Source: Thermoguttaceae bacterium
GTDB lineage: Bacteria > Planctomycetota > Planctomycetia > Pirellulales > Thermoguttaceae
Direction of reading: 5' to 3'
Assembly: GCA_025060325.1 (NCBI GenBank)
Contig: JANXBW010000014.1
Location: forward strand, 13,860-77,859
Length of the DNA stretch: 64,000 nucleotides
This document shows positions 10,171 through 20,429 of the stretch, piece by piece (position 1 is the first letter of the stretch; each line of letters opens with the position of its first letter). The translations under genes and the position numbers were made by a program. The notes beneath the pieces are model-generated. The model made no database searches. It was not told the DNA's origin and saw only the letters and a list, made by a program, of their open reading frames with translations.

Positions 10171-12525
10171 TTACTGGGGTACCACCTCAAAAGGAATCGC
10201 CGGCAAGAGTGCTACCGGGATTAGACGGGAAGGACTACCCGGTCGAGCTCGCCGTTCTTGAAGTAGCTCCACCAGCAAATTGCCCTTTAATCCGGGGGCG
10301 ACTTTCTCCTTGTCCGCGCTAACCTCCAGGTAGGTCCCGCCGATACCCGATCGAAGCTGGCCCAGCGAGATACCCTCTGGCGCGTCGCGCAGTTGCAAAG
10401 TGAAATCAGCAAGAAGGTTTGCCCGGCCGGTCGGGAGCCAAATCCGCCCTGTTCCACCCAACGGGATCTTGACCGGCGAATCGGCCGCAAAGCCCCAGCC
10501 CGGTGCAAATCGCCCCCCTTTACCCACCGCCACAAGCCAGCAATCAGCCGGCACCAAGTGCCGGTAGATGAAGGCTTGCATCATATCGTCGGCCGGGACC
10601 ACCTCGCGCTCGATCGTTTTGCCTTGGAAGCTCGCCCGGCCGACCATCTTAAGCTTGTAAACTCCCGGGGTGACTGCCGCTCCGACACTGAGCGTTAACA
10701 CCACCTGGTCTTTGCCAGCCGGGACCCAGTTGCCGCTTAGCCGAAAGCCCGCCGGTGCGTCGCGCAGCTCGAGCATGATGTCCCCTTCCATCCCGTCTTT
10801 CCGCACTGCCCAGACCGTAATAGGGATGTGCACGCCCTGCGAGACGTTGACAGTGCTGGGCGTAAGGCGAAGGGCAAAGTCTGGCTGAGGCCGGCTAATA
10901 CGCAAGCGATAGGCATACTCCCTGCCTCCGTGCTGTTGCATATCGGCCAAGTGGACAAAAAGCGGGCCATCCTTCGGTGCCTTTACCCGCACATAAGAGT
11001 CGGCATGGTGAGTCACCAAGCCGGCCGTCTTGTCTTCGTAATCATCGCAACTGGCCAGGATCTTACCGGCACTATCCGTCACCCGAATCACCGAATCAAG
11101 CGGCGATCCCAGCCGGCGGGCCATGACCTCCACTACCCATTCCTCTCCTGCCCGGGCATCCACACGAAAAACATCCACGTCGTCCGATGAGTCGATCCGC
11201 CCGTTGATGATCACATCCCCCCCGACTAGATGGGCCGCTGATAACGGTTGGTTTGGCTCCTGTTCATAAATGTCGGGTAGCTGGTCCACTGCCAAGGGGA
11301 GGTGATTCCAACTTGCCCCAGCATGGAAGACCTCCAGGATCCGGATCCCAGGTGAAGCCGCCAAGAGATCCACCTCGAGGGAGTTTGCGGGCAAGTTCCA
11401 ACCGGTAAGCTCAAGCGTTACCTTCTTGCCCACTTGGCCACCGAGCGGAAAGACGCTTGTGACAAATGGCACTTCCCCAACAAGGAGCCTGTAAACGAAA
11501 TCTTCCCGCCCGCGATAGATTGCGTCGGAAACCACAATTGTGTACAAACCATCCTCCGGCACTTCGTAAAGAAGGACCGGATCGGGGTGGAACCGCCAAT
11601 CGTCTGCAAAGGCGACTTCCTTGCCTCGCGGATCATGAAGGGCAAGGACCGCTTGGAACCAACCCGGGACAGCATCCGCAAGGTATGGGATCAGGCTGCG
11701 CCCGGCCAGCGCAAAGACTACTTTTTGCCCTTTTTTCAAGGGAAGGCGGAATCGGTCAACATCGCCGGGTAAGATTTGGCCATTGATGATAGCTGGGAGG
11801 GGCAGGGTATCCACCGTCATAGCCTCGCGATCGTTTGGCTCGGCCTCGTTGACCTCAGGCCAACTGTCCACCTGAAAGACGAGCGGATTGGAAAACTGGC
11901 CGCCGCGTTTGACACGCAGATGGTACTGGCCAGGGGGGACATCAGACTCGACGGACACATCTACGAGTACCCGCTCGGCTATTTGCGGGTTGGGTTGACG
12001 TTTAGGGTCCATTCGCACCCGACGAAATTCTTCCAAGGCCCGGACCTGGTCCATCGTTATGCCCATCTCTTGAGCGACCTTGGCAAAAAGGCCTTGGTAA
12101 CCCATTCGGGCCCGGCCCCCTTGAGAACGCAGTAACTCCTGCACTTTCTCCCGAACTGCCTGAAGCTTTTGCATAAGTTCGTTGACTTCCCGCTGGGTCA
12201 GGGGCCGGCTGAAGCCGGAGATTGTCATCTTAATCCCCGGATGACTTGCGACGACCTCCTCGACACCCTCCAGGTACTGCCCGCCAATGGTGATTTGGAA
12301 GCTCGTCCCCTGCTGGCCACCTGCGGGAAATACGTAGCCAATTCGGGGCGAATTGGCCCGGGTCTGTCCAGCGACCTCCGCGCAAGCCACCAGAAGGCTC
12401 AGGACGGCTACACCGGACACCACAAGTCGGCCGCCAAGGTGCGTTGCTCCTTCGAATCGCCCCGGCTGGAGCGACCGGTTGCCGAGAGCCTTTATCCTTG
12501 CAGCTTGACTCCGCATGGCGAACAC
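10171..12525 (-). CDS. Secreted protein with two pre-peptidase C-terminal (PPC)-like domains
   Basis: 784 aa with a signal-like N-terminus. Two copies of the PPC signature are present: AEPNDREAMTVD...INGQILPGDVDRFRLPL and QEPNQPLSAAHL...INGRIDSSDDVDVFRVDA. It is the last gene of a same-strand trio with DUF1549/DUF1553 and DUF1501. Confidence 0.65.
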   Translation of the reverse strand: MFAMRSQAARIKALGNRSLQPGRFEGATHLGGRLVVSGVAVLSLLVACAEVAGQTRANSPRIGYVFPAGGQQGTSFQITIGGQYLEGVEEVVASHPGIKMTISGFSRPLTQREVNELMQKLQAVREKVQELLRSQGGRARMGYQGLFAKVAQEMGITMDQVRALEEFRRVRMDPKRQPNPQIAERVLVDVSVESDVPPGQYHLRVKRGGQFSNPLVFQVDSWPEVNEAEPNDREAMTVDTLPLPAIINGQILPGDVDRFRLPLKKGQKVVFALAGRSLIPYLADAVPGWFQAVLALHDPRGKEVAFADDWRFHPDPVLLYEVPEDGLYTIVVSDAIYRGREDFVYRLLVGEVPFVTSVFPLGGQVGKKVTLELTGWNLPANSLEVDLLAASPGIRILEVFHAGASWNHLPLAVDQLPDIYEQEPNQPLSAAHLVGGDVIINGRIDSSDDVDVFRVDARAGEEWVVEVMARRLGSPLDSVIRVTDSAGKILASCDDYEDKTAGLVTHHADSYVRVKAPKDGPLFVHLADMQQHGGREYAYRLRISRPQPDFALRLTPSTVNVSQGVHIPITVWAVRKDGMEGDIMLELRDAPAGFRLSGNWVPAGKDQVVLTLSVGAAVTPGVYKLKMVGRASFQGKTIEREVVPADDMMQAFIYRHLVPADCWLVAVGKGGRFAPGWGFAADSPVKIPLGGTGRIWLPTGRANLLADFTLQLRDAPEGISLGQLRSGIGGTYLEVSADKEKVAPGLKGNLLVELLQERRARPGSPSRLIPVALLPAIPFEVVPQ

Positions 12526-12603
12526 TCCGCCTTTGGAAAAGTATGCGACGTGATTTTGTCGACAAAGCTACGCCGTGCCGCGGGACACGCTCGGCACGAT
12601 GGT

Positions 12604-14010
12604 CTACGCCATAATCTCTGTCAAGAGGCCGCCGCTTTGAGCGTTCATTTCTTCCTTGCTGGGAAGCAACGGCACGTCAAAGCCCTGCGGATGACGGAGG
12701 CTGGCGGTCGGCTCAATTCCCATGAGCTGGTAAACGCTGCCAATAAGGTCCGTCGGGTAGACGGGGCGGCTCTTGACGTACATACCTTTGTCATCACTTT
12801 CCCCGACCACGCAGCCACCTTTGAACCCGCCGCCTGCAACCAAAGCAGAGAAAACATGACCCCAATGGTGCCGACCGCCGTTCCAGGGTGCTTCCCAGGC
12901 GACTTTTGGTGTCCGACCGAATTCCCCGAAAGCAAGCACAATGGTGCTTTCCAAAAGCCCGCGCTGTGCCAGGTCGTTAATCAACGCTGCCAGGGCTCGA
13001 TCAAACTCCGGCAACTTCCGCCGCATGATGGTGAAGTGATCCTTATGAGTATCCCAGCCTTTGTAGTTAATGGTGATAAAACGTACACCGCGCTCAATCA
13101 GTCGCCTTGCTACCAGGCAAGATTGGCCGAACGTATTTCGGCCGTAAGTGTCGCGGACCTCTTGCGGTTCCTGTGCCGGGTCAAAGGCCTTGCCCGTCTC
13201 CCCGAGGATGAGGTCATAGGCTTGTTCCTCTGCCCGGACAAGCTCCTGGATCTGGGGATCATTGGGCAGTTGCTTCCGCAGGGTATCGAAGGCAACTAGC
13301 AATTCTCGTCGCCGCCGCTGCTGTGTTTCCGTGGTCCCGGGCGTGATAATGCCTTCCACAGCAAACGGGGTCCGAGCTGGGTCTCCGCCTGTGGCAAACG
13401 GCTTATAACGCGGGCCGAGAAAGCCAGCCTCCGAGAACCGTCCTTGGGGATCGGTCAGCACCACATACGGAGGAATCAATCCGGCGTTGACCACATTGGT
13501 GTCCCGGGTGCCAAAGAATGTGATGACCGCCCCAAAGTGCGGGTAGACAATCCGATCGCCGGGCATTCGGCCAGTTTGCACCAGATAAGCCGCCGTCTCA
13601 TGAGCGTTGACACCGTGAGTCATGCTGCGGATAAGCGAATACTTGTCCGCATGCTTAGCCAGTTCCGTGAGCAGCTCCCCGATGACAATACCGTCGACAT
13701 TGGTCTTGCTTACCCCCGCAAAGGCCCCGCAGTACTCATAGCCCGCGTTTGGTTTGGGGTCAAAAGTATCGAGGTGGCTCGGACCGCCCCACATCCAAAT
13801 TTGGATAACAGCCTTTGCTCGGCCCGTTGTTTTCTCGTTGGCGGCCTTGGCAATCCCTAGACCATAGCGACCTGCCAGCGACAAGCCCAACAGCCCGAAC
13901 ACGCCTCGCCGAAGAAAAGCTCGCCGTTCCAGACTGCCGTTTGCAGATTGCGGAGCCTCGGATTGCCCGACATGGAGTACCACTTCGCCAATGCCACCCG
14001 GGGAAACCAT
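12604..14010 (-). CDS. DUF1501 domain protein (sulfatase-fold, Tat signal)
   Basis: Twin-arginine N-terminus RRAFLRRGVFGLLGLSLAG. Followed by IWMWGGPSHLDTFDPKP and FGEFGRTP..GGRHHW, motifs I associate with DUF1501. Confidence 0.85.
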   Translation of the reverse strand: MVSPGGIGEVVLHVGQSEAPQSANGSLERRAFLRRGVFGLLGLSLAGRYGLGIAKAANEKTTGRAKAVIQIWMWGGPSHLDTFDPKPNAGYEYCGAFAGVSKTNVDGIVIGELLTELAKHADKYSLIRSMTHGVNAHETAAYLVQTGRMPGDRIVYPHFGAVITFFGTRDTNVVNAGLIPPYVVLTDPQGRFSEAGFLGPRYKPFATGGDPARTPFAVEGIITPGTTETQQRRRRELLVAFDTLRKQLPNDPQIQELVRAEEQAYDLILGETGKAFDPAQEPQEVRDTYGRNTFGQSCLVARRLIERGVRFITINYKGWDTHKDHFTIMRRKLPEFDRALAALINDLAQRGLLESTIVLAFGEFGRTPKVAWEAPWNGGRHHWGHVFSALVAGGGFKGGCVVGESDDKGMYVKSRPVYPTDLIGSVYQLMGIEPTASLRHPQGFDVPLLPSKEEMNAQSGGLLTEIMA

Positions 14011-14301
14011 TGCGTGCCTCCTCCTTCCGAGAGAGCCTGGTGCTTACCGCTCGCTGCCTAGTCCCATCCGACTCGTGGACGAAAAAGTTGACGCTAAGGC
14101 GTACCGCCGCGTCGCAACCATTTGAGGGCAGTTTTGCTGAGCCCCCGATGGCCTCGCCCTGCCAAACCGATAGCCCCTTCACAGGGAGATTGCCCTATTT
14201 TGTCCACAATCCGTCAGGAAGGGGGCTACTAGGCCTTAAGGCAAGGGATTGCGGCTCCAGTTCGTGAGGACTCCCTTTGTTCGTCCACTGCAGCTGACCG
14301 C

Positions 14302-15975
14302 TTAGTGACGATAAAGGAATTCCGAGCTATTTATCAACGCCCAAGCCAGGTCGGTCAAATCCACCGTGCGGCGAGAACCCGCGGGAGCCAAGCTACGGGC
14401 TTGGTCCATTTCCTCCGGCGTGGGATAGCGCGAGAGAATGGTCAGATACAATCGCTCGATTGTCTCGCGGGGCGTTGTCGTTGATCGGGCGAATGCTAGG
14501 CCGGGGCCTTGCTGGATCTTTCGCAGGATGTGGCTCGAATTCAGGAGGTGAAGCCGCTGACCGGCCGTCATCCGGTTGATCCGCTCCGAGAAGTAGCCCG
14601 TATCCCGCGGCGGCCGGCCAAATAGCTCCAAAAAAGTGCTAGTAATGCTCGCGTCAGCAAGAGCTATCGAGCGTTGCCATTCCGGCACGATGGTGTACGG
14701 CTCCGGAACCATGCTCCAATAATCTTCGCCGGTGCCGGTGATCTGATTAATGGCATCGATGAGTACCTCTGCTTCCAGGCGACGAACGGCATAGTGGGCA
14801 AAATACTTAGCTGACTGTTCCGGCGACGATCGCGGAATGGGGGACAGCTGATAAGTTTGCGAGGTCACAATCAACCGATAGATATGACGCAGGTCGTATT
14901 TAGCCGCTACAAGCTCTTGCGCTAAGTAATCGAGCACATCGGGATGAACGGGCGGATTGTCGGGCCGGAAATCATCCGGCTCGTGAACGATTCCCCGCCC
15001 AAAAAGCCAAGCCCAAATGCGATTGACCACAGCCCGGCAGAACCATGGGTTTTCCGGCCGGATAAGCCAGTCAGCAAATACCTCCCGAGGATCCCGATCG
15101 GCTGACAGATGCACCTCCGTCCCGTCGGGAAGTTTCACTCGCTCCGGAAGGGCGATGCCCTTTTCGACGGCCGCATGCAAAGGGTCCCAGACGACTATTT
15201 CTTCTTTCCACTCCCCTGTGCTTTTGTACGATACCTGGCTGAAAAAGACCGCCAGCTGATCGACCGACTCCGGCGGCCACGAGCCCACCCGGACACCCAT
15301 GAACGTCAACGCAGCGGCGGCAGCCAAGCCTGAGGGCGACCGGTCGGCCACGGCCCGATAAAAGTTGACCGGCGGAACCCGGAAATTGCTCCCGCTTGAG
15401 GTCAAAAGCTCGCGGGCGAACTGATCGTACGGCATATTCTGGGCGATCGCCGCCCGAACCCAACGCGCGTAAGCCTGAACTGCGTTTGGCCACAAATTGA
15501 TGGGGAATTCCGACTTGATTCGTAAGACATCCCCCCACTTCAGCGCCCAATAGTCCGCAAACTCCGGCCGATCAAATAGCGCATCGATTAGCTTTTCTCG
15601 CTTGTTCTCCGCCGTGTCGGAAAGGAACCTCCGGACCTCGGCCTCGGTCGGCAAAGTCCCGATTAAATCTAAATACACCCGACGGATGAACACAGCGTCG
15701 GAGCACGGCCGAGCCGGTCGGATGCCCAACGACTTAAGCCGAGCAAAAATGAGCTCATCGATCTTGTTGGCTGGCGTCGGCTCCCTATCCTCTTGCTGGA
15801 ACGGGTTCCCCCGGGCCGGCTGCAGCCCAAGAAAGCCAACAAATGCCGCAATCAAAAACGTCCCAATCCAAGCTTTCACGAAAAGAGGAGGACAGCCGCG
15901 GGGGCCGACGTCAAGGCGACGCCTAGGCGAGCTGAGAGACACTGACGCCATCGGGCGGGTCTCCGGGTGCGTCAA
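14302..15975 (-). CDS. DUF1549/DUF1553 domain protein
   Basis: DUF1549-type N-terminal block NKIDELIFARLKSLGIRPARPCSDAVFIRRVYLDLIGTLPTEAEVRRF. DUF1553-type C-terminal block RRLEAEVLIDAINQITG ... LWALINSSEFLYRH. It sits upstream of DUF1501, the usual pairing. Confidence 0.85.
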   Translation of the reverse strand: MTHPETRPMASVSLSSPRRRLDVGPRGCPPLFVKAWIGTFLIAAFVGFLGLQPARGNPFQQEDREPTPANKIDELIFARLKSLGIRPARPCSDAVFIRRVYLDLIGTLPTEAEVRRFLSDTAENKREKLIDALFDRPEFADYWALKWGDVLRIKSEFPINLWPNAVQAYARWVRAAIAQNMPYDQFARELLTSSGSNFRVPPVNFYRAVADRSPSGLAAAAALTFMGVRVGSWPPESVDQLAVFFSQVSYKSTGEWKEEIVVWDPLHAAVEKGIALPERVKLPDGTEVHLSADRDPREVFADWLIRPENPWFCRAVVNRIWAWLFGRGIVHEPDDFRPDNPPVHPDVLDYLAQELVAAKYDLRHIYRLIVTSQTYQLSPIPRSSPEQSAKYFAHYAVRRLEAEVLIDAINQITGTGEDYWSMVPEPYTIVPEWQRSIALADASITSTFLELFGRPPRDTGYFSERINRMTAGQRLHLLNSSHILRKIQQGPGLAFARSTTTPRETIERLYLTILSRYPTPEEMDQARSLAPAGSRRTVDLTDLAWALINSSEFLYRH

Positions 15976-16662
15976 GGTGGGAAAAACGCCGGCAGGTATT
16001 GGCCGTTGGTTCAGCGGAGTACTGCCCTTTGCCTTTTAATTTAACCCCGAAGACCAATGGCCGGAAACATCAAACGTCCTGAAAGGCACTACATCGAGCC
16101 TGCGGGGGTACGTCCGGGTCTCCGTGCCCCGTAGCCGATTGAACTCAATGAGCTTCCTCCGGTTTGTCCGTTAACGTTTTCGTGACTGATTTCGCGACAG
16201 CTACGCTGACCGACTCCAATCGCATCCTTAGGTAAATAGCCCGCGGTAACCTGGGTAGCTACCCCCTCCTTTGGCGCAGCTCTAAGGATTACTTCCCTAT
16301 GGGGCTACTGAATCTGGCCATCGCTGCTTTATCGACCTAGGGTTGGGACTCCTCGACCTGGCGGAACCTAACCTGCGGCCGACACTCTCGCCACCGCCCC
16401 GGGGTTGCCGGGGCCCGCGTCACCTGAGTGCCCAGTTTCCAGTTGCACACGAGGACGCCATCCCACGAAGACCCTCCACCGACGAAGCGGTAAATCATTG
16501 CAACCAGCACGCAAACTGCCGTCGGCAAGGGGGCGAACCTTTGAAAATACGATCTCGGGGTTTTGAGCCCGGGCAATTGTCCCGGGGCCTATGCAAACCA
16601 CAGTCGACGGGAGCCGATATTTACCGGGGCTTTCAGGGGAGTGAATCTCGGGGTTTACCGCT

Positions 16663-18369
16663 TCAGTTCGGATTGACCGGAGCACTGGGGGGTGATACTC
16701 GGCTGGCTGGTGCTTCATTACCTCGGACAGGAAGTCCCGGACGGGGCCCGCGCCGGGGCCTGAGAAGCTGCGGACTGGTAGCCGTGCCCCTTATTACCCA
16801 AGGTGCGGGGGCCGTGCAGTAGGCTTCCAGCTCGCTTACATAGAAATTCTGATCACCTGTGTGAGAAATCCCTTGAATCCGAATGGCCTTGACCGGCCTT
16901 GCCAAAAAAATAAATCGCTGCCAGCCGGCCGATGGCACCTTGCTGTGATCAGCAAGGACGAAAAAGTTCCGTCCATCCGGCGAAGTGCTTAGCACGAAAA
17001 ACTGGACGAATTTGCCGGGATCGGGGAGTTTCAGCCGGATTTCCCGGAGCCGGTAAGTTTCGCGAAGCACAACGGTCCATTCGCAAGGCCACGGGGCGAC
17101 GGCCATCCCTTGGGCGCCAACGATTGGAGGGATCACTCCGTCCACCAATCCGGGCATAGCGCCCCGACCAACCACTTGTACCCCCGCCTCGAGCGAGGCC
17201 ACATTGCCCTGCGTGACCACGCCGTATTGGAACGGATAAAGCGCAAGCTCGGCTTGTAAGGCTAGATCGAGACGTGGTTGCCATCGCTTAAGCAGTTCCG
17301 GGTCGGCCGCGCCTGCCGATTCGAAGTGCGCCCTTGCCCGCAGGAGGGCAGCCTGGCGGAAAGGAAACTCCAACCTTTCCACCTCCTGGAACCACCCCTC
17401 GGCTAGTGGAAGGGGGTCTCCCCCCAGCTGCTCATACTTAAGTTCTTGTGCCGCAAGAGCCGCAAGCGAAGGCTGATCAGATGCAGAAAGATGTTTCAAG
17501 CCAATTGGCCAATCGCCCTGGATGAGGCATAACCAAAGGCCAACGGTAGTGTGAGCTTGGCTTTCGGCCGCGGCCAACTCCAAGCGATTTTTCGCCTCCA
17601 GGAAGCGCTTCCAGCTCGCAGCCAGCGTTTCGATAGCCTTAATGTGCTGACTTATCTCCTGCCGAATTGGGGCAACCTCGATCCGTTTGGAAATTGTCTG
17701 CACCGCGCTAATAAGCCGAGACACGCACTCGGTCTTGCCCGACAAGGCTGCTTCCCGAGCTGCTACAAGCGCCCCTTCCACAAAGGTCAAAGTCGCTTCA
17801 CTCGGACCGGCTGCCCGAGTTTCCTTAAGAAGCCGCTCGAAAAGTTCCGCCTTCAGCTTCGGGCCTTCCACGAGGAAATGCTTTTCTAGGACCTGAATCG
17901 CCTCCCAAGCGGCCGTAAGGTCGCCGGCCTCGGCAGCCAAGTCACGGGCAAGCATGCCAAGCATGAATCGGGCTGCCGGGTCATCCTCTGTCTCCAGAGC
18001 AAGCGCGATAAGCCGGGCCGCCAATGCCTGCTTCTGAGCCGGGGTCTTCGCAGCCGCAAATTCTGCCGATAACACCTCGCGAATTAGCCCCTCAGCTTTC
18101 TTTAACTCAGCTGGAGCCGGAACCTGAATTTTGGTAGCCCCAACATCCTCGGGCTGAGGAGTTTTTGAATCCGGGGAGCCGCTCGGTTGCGGAGCCTGAA
18201 CTGGGGGCGGAGCCGGTTGCCATCCTGCGCCGATGGCTAATAGCAGGAGGCCCATCCAGAGCCTGCCGCGGGGAAATCTGCTCGACCTCCACTCCTGTGC
18301 ATGCACGAGGGTAACTCCCGTGGTTCGAGTAACAGTTGCGGGCCGTTGCGAGCTAGCCAACGTAAACAT
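16663..18369 (-). CDS. Hypothetical membrane-anchored/secreted protein with possible C-terminal F5/8 type C (discoidin)-like domain
   Basis: 568 aa. It has an N-terminal hydrophobic segment LWMGLLLLAIGAGW, a Pro-rich linker and a helical Ala/Leu/Glu-rich middle. The C-terminal REIRLKLPD...VKAIRIQGISHTGDQNFYVSELEAYC resembles galactose-binding-like domains. The domain call is tentative. Confidence 0.5.
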   Translation of the reverse strand: MFTLASSQRPATVTRTTGVTLVHAQEWRSSRFPRGRLWMGLLLLAIGAGWQPAPPPVQAPQPSGSPDSKTPQPEDVGATKIQVPAPAELKKAEGLIREVLSAEFAAAKTPAQKQALAARLIALALETEDDPAARFMLGMLARDLAAEAGDLTAAWEAIQVLEKHFLVEGPKLKAELFERLLKETRAAGPSEATLTFVEGALVAAREAALSGKTECVSRLISAVQTISKRIEVAPIRQEISQHIKAIETLAASWKRFLEAKNRLELAAAESQAHTTVGLWLCLIQGDWPIGLKHLSASDQPSLAALAAQELKYEQLGGDPLPLAEGWFQEVERLEFPFRQAALLRARAHFESAGAADPELLKRWQPRLDLALQAELALYPFQYGVVTQGNVASLEAGVQVVGRGAMPGLVDGVIPPIVGAQGMAVAPWPCEWTVVLRETYRLREIRLKLPDPGKFVQFFVLSTSPDGRNFFVLADHSKVPSAGWQRFIFLARPVKAIRIQGISHTGDQNFYVSELEAYCTAPAPWVIRGTATSPQLLRPRRGPRPGLPVRGNEAPASRVSPPSAPVNPN

Positions 18370-18758
18370 ATCTTTCCCACCCCCGGGAGCTAATCGAAAT
18401 CCGCTTATTAACGGAATGAAAATGCCACGCCAGGGTCGGCTAACTGGGTGTCCGCTGGGCAGTTGGGTCTGCAGGACATTGCGGCCAGATTTTGGCGTAA
18501 ATGAGGACAGGTAAGGTGATTTTGGCGGTTATTGAGGTTGGTTTTTGGCGGTCTTTCGTATACCCGAGGAACCCTTACTCAGGGGTCCACCTGCTTTATA
18601 TGACCTTTGACCTATACCCCTCTATGGACTGGTATCACCCCGCCGGAGTGGTCCGCATGCGACCTAAGGCTTCGGGTTCCTAAAAAGTTAACGGCAATAC
18701 CCTCGCCCATCGAGAGTCCAACGGGGCGCTTCACGCCTCCGGCCGGGCTATCTCGCAA

Positions 18759-19553
18759 CTAGGGTGCCAATATCAACCATCCGGCCGTACAGGCTGCCAC
18801 TGCGAAGACCCAGTAGGCAAAAAATCTAAGCTTGCCGGCACGCACCCATTTCAAAAGCCAGGCGATGGCTAGCCATCCAACGAGTGCAGCGCACGCGCCC
18901 CCCGCGGCCAACTCTAAGATACTGACGGGCGGCTGCGGCTGAGAAAAAACTTCCCCGGCCTCAAGGAGACCTGCCCCTGCCATCACCGGCACAGCCATCA
19001 AGAATGAAAAAACGGTGGCTTCCGAAGGGGCTAGGCCACACAGCATTCCCCCCACAATCGTGCTTCCACTGCGGGAAACCCCCGGCACAATGGCCACCGC
19101 CTGGAAACACCCAATAAGCATTGCTTCCCGCAGCGAAAGCTCTTTATACGTCCGCTCTCCCCGGCCAGCTTGTTCTCCTAAGTAAAGCAGTAAACCTGTC
19201 GCGACCAGGCCACCCACCGCCACCCACGGGCTTTCCAATACATCTTCGGCTGTCTGCCGGAGCAATACTCCGACTACTCCGGCCGGAATACTCGCCACAA
19301 TCACCAGTGCCGCTACTCGCCATTGCTGGATCAGCATTTGCCAAAGTTTCCGCCAAAAATAAGCGACTAGGGCGGCGAGTGTCCCAACATGGAGGGCAAT
19401 GTTGACAGTCAACGGCGCGTTCACCTCGTAGCCGAATCTTTCCAGGATCGCCATCGCGATGACAAGATGCCCGGAAGAACTCACCGGCAGGAACTCTGTA
19501 AGGCCCTGAAGAACCGCAAGGAGCACGATGCCTAGCAAGCTGTTCACATCCAC
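18759..19553 (-). CDS. uppP: Undecaprenyl-diphosphate phosphatase
   Basis: Signature GLTEFLPVSSSGHL near the N-terminus, PGVSRSGSTI later, and a multi-TM profile of 264 aa. Confidence 0.9.
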   Translation of the reverse strand: MDVNSLLGIVLLAVLQGLTEFLPVSSSGHLVIAMAILERFGYEVNAPLTVNIALHVGTLAALVAYFWRKLWQMLIQQWRVAALVIVASIPAGVVGVLLRQTAEDVLESPWVAVGGLVATGLLLYLGEQAGRGERTYKELSLREAMLIGCFQAVAIVPGVSRSGSTIVGGMLCGLAPSEATVFSFLMAVPVMAGAGLLEAGEVFSQPQPPVSILELAAGGACAALVGWLAIAWLLKWVRAGKLRFFAYWVFAVAACTAGWLILAP

Positions 19554-20429
19554 CTCGTGATCAAAATGACTTATAAGCTAAGGGTTCATCGACAAAACAG
19601 ACCCGAAGCCTTTCGTCAACACAAGCCGGCCTTTCGAGGTTAACCAAGGTATTGCAAGCCGATCTCTAAGGGATTTCCGCTCAGTTTGGCCGGCTCAACC
19701 GCTACCCTGGCATGGGCCGGTTCGTCAGGAGGCGTTTCTCCCGTGGCTCCAAAGAGCAAGGTTTTATAAGCACCGGCTGGGGATTGAATTTCCTAACTTG
19801 TCGACAGAATGGGTTGTGCCGGGTTTGTTAATAATGTCACCTCAGCGTCTTGCCCTCGCACTAGTTTACCTTACGAGAATACTCCTTAAAACAACGCGGC
19901 CGCCTGAGGGTTTTAAGGCGACCATCTTTTCGTGGAGCGGACATGGCCCGGCTTTCAGGATTGGCTTGCGAGAAGCTTTTCAAGCTATGGGGTCAATTTA
20001 GGGTTCGTGCGGGCAAGGATGCGTTGCGAGGTGTGCACCGTCACCTTGCGACTATTAGCCGACCAATCGCTCAAGAAATTAAACGGCGTGCATTGCCCGC
20101 GCGGGTGCCCCCCGCCTTACCTTCCCACGGGCAGAGCCGCTTAAGGTTGGTTCCCCAATCATGAATATTAACGGCCGGTCTTGACTGCAAACTTGGAAGG
20201 CTGAGGCGCAAATCCCGACAAGCTCATTGCCGGCGGCCCCTTCTGCAGGCTGGGGGACAATCATTAAAATAGTTCGGCTTGCAATAGTTCGGCTCTCAAG
20301 AGGCCTCGCTCATTTGAGTGCGTCGCGCAAGATTCGTCATCGCTATCCACCTGATCCTCAAACCGATGGTCAACGATCGCTCGAACAAAAGGACGGTTAG
20401 AGCAAGCGGCAAATCGACAAACGGGAGGT

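Noticed and set aside
12169-13299. 376-aa plus-strand ORF
   Set aside because: It lies almost entirely antisense to the strongly supported DUF1501 gene (running into the 3' end of the PPC-domain gene). Its composition is Arg/Pro/Ala/Gly-rich, as expected for a shadow ORF in GC-rich DNA.
20268-20297. Short direct repeat aatagttcggct x2 upstream of the GH127 gene
   Set aside because: It is only 12 bp and could be chance. No function can be supported.
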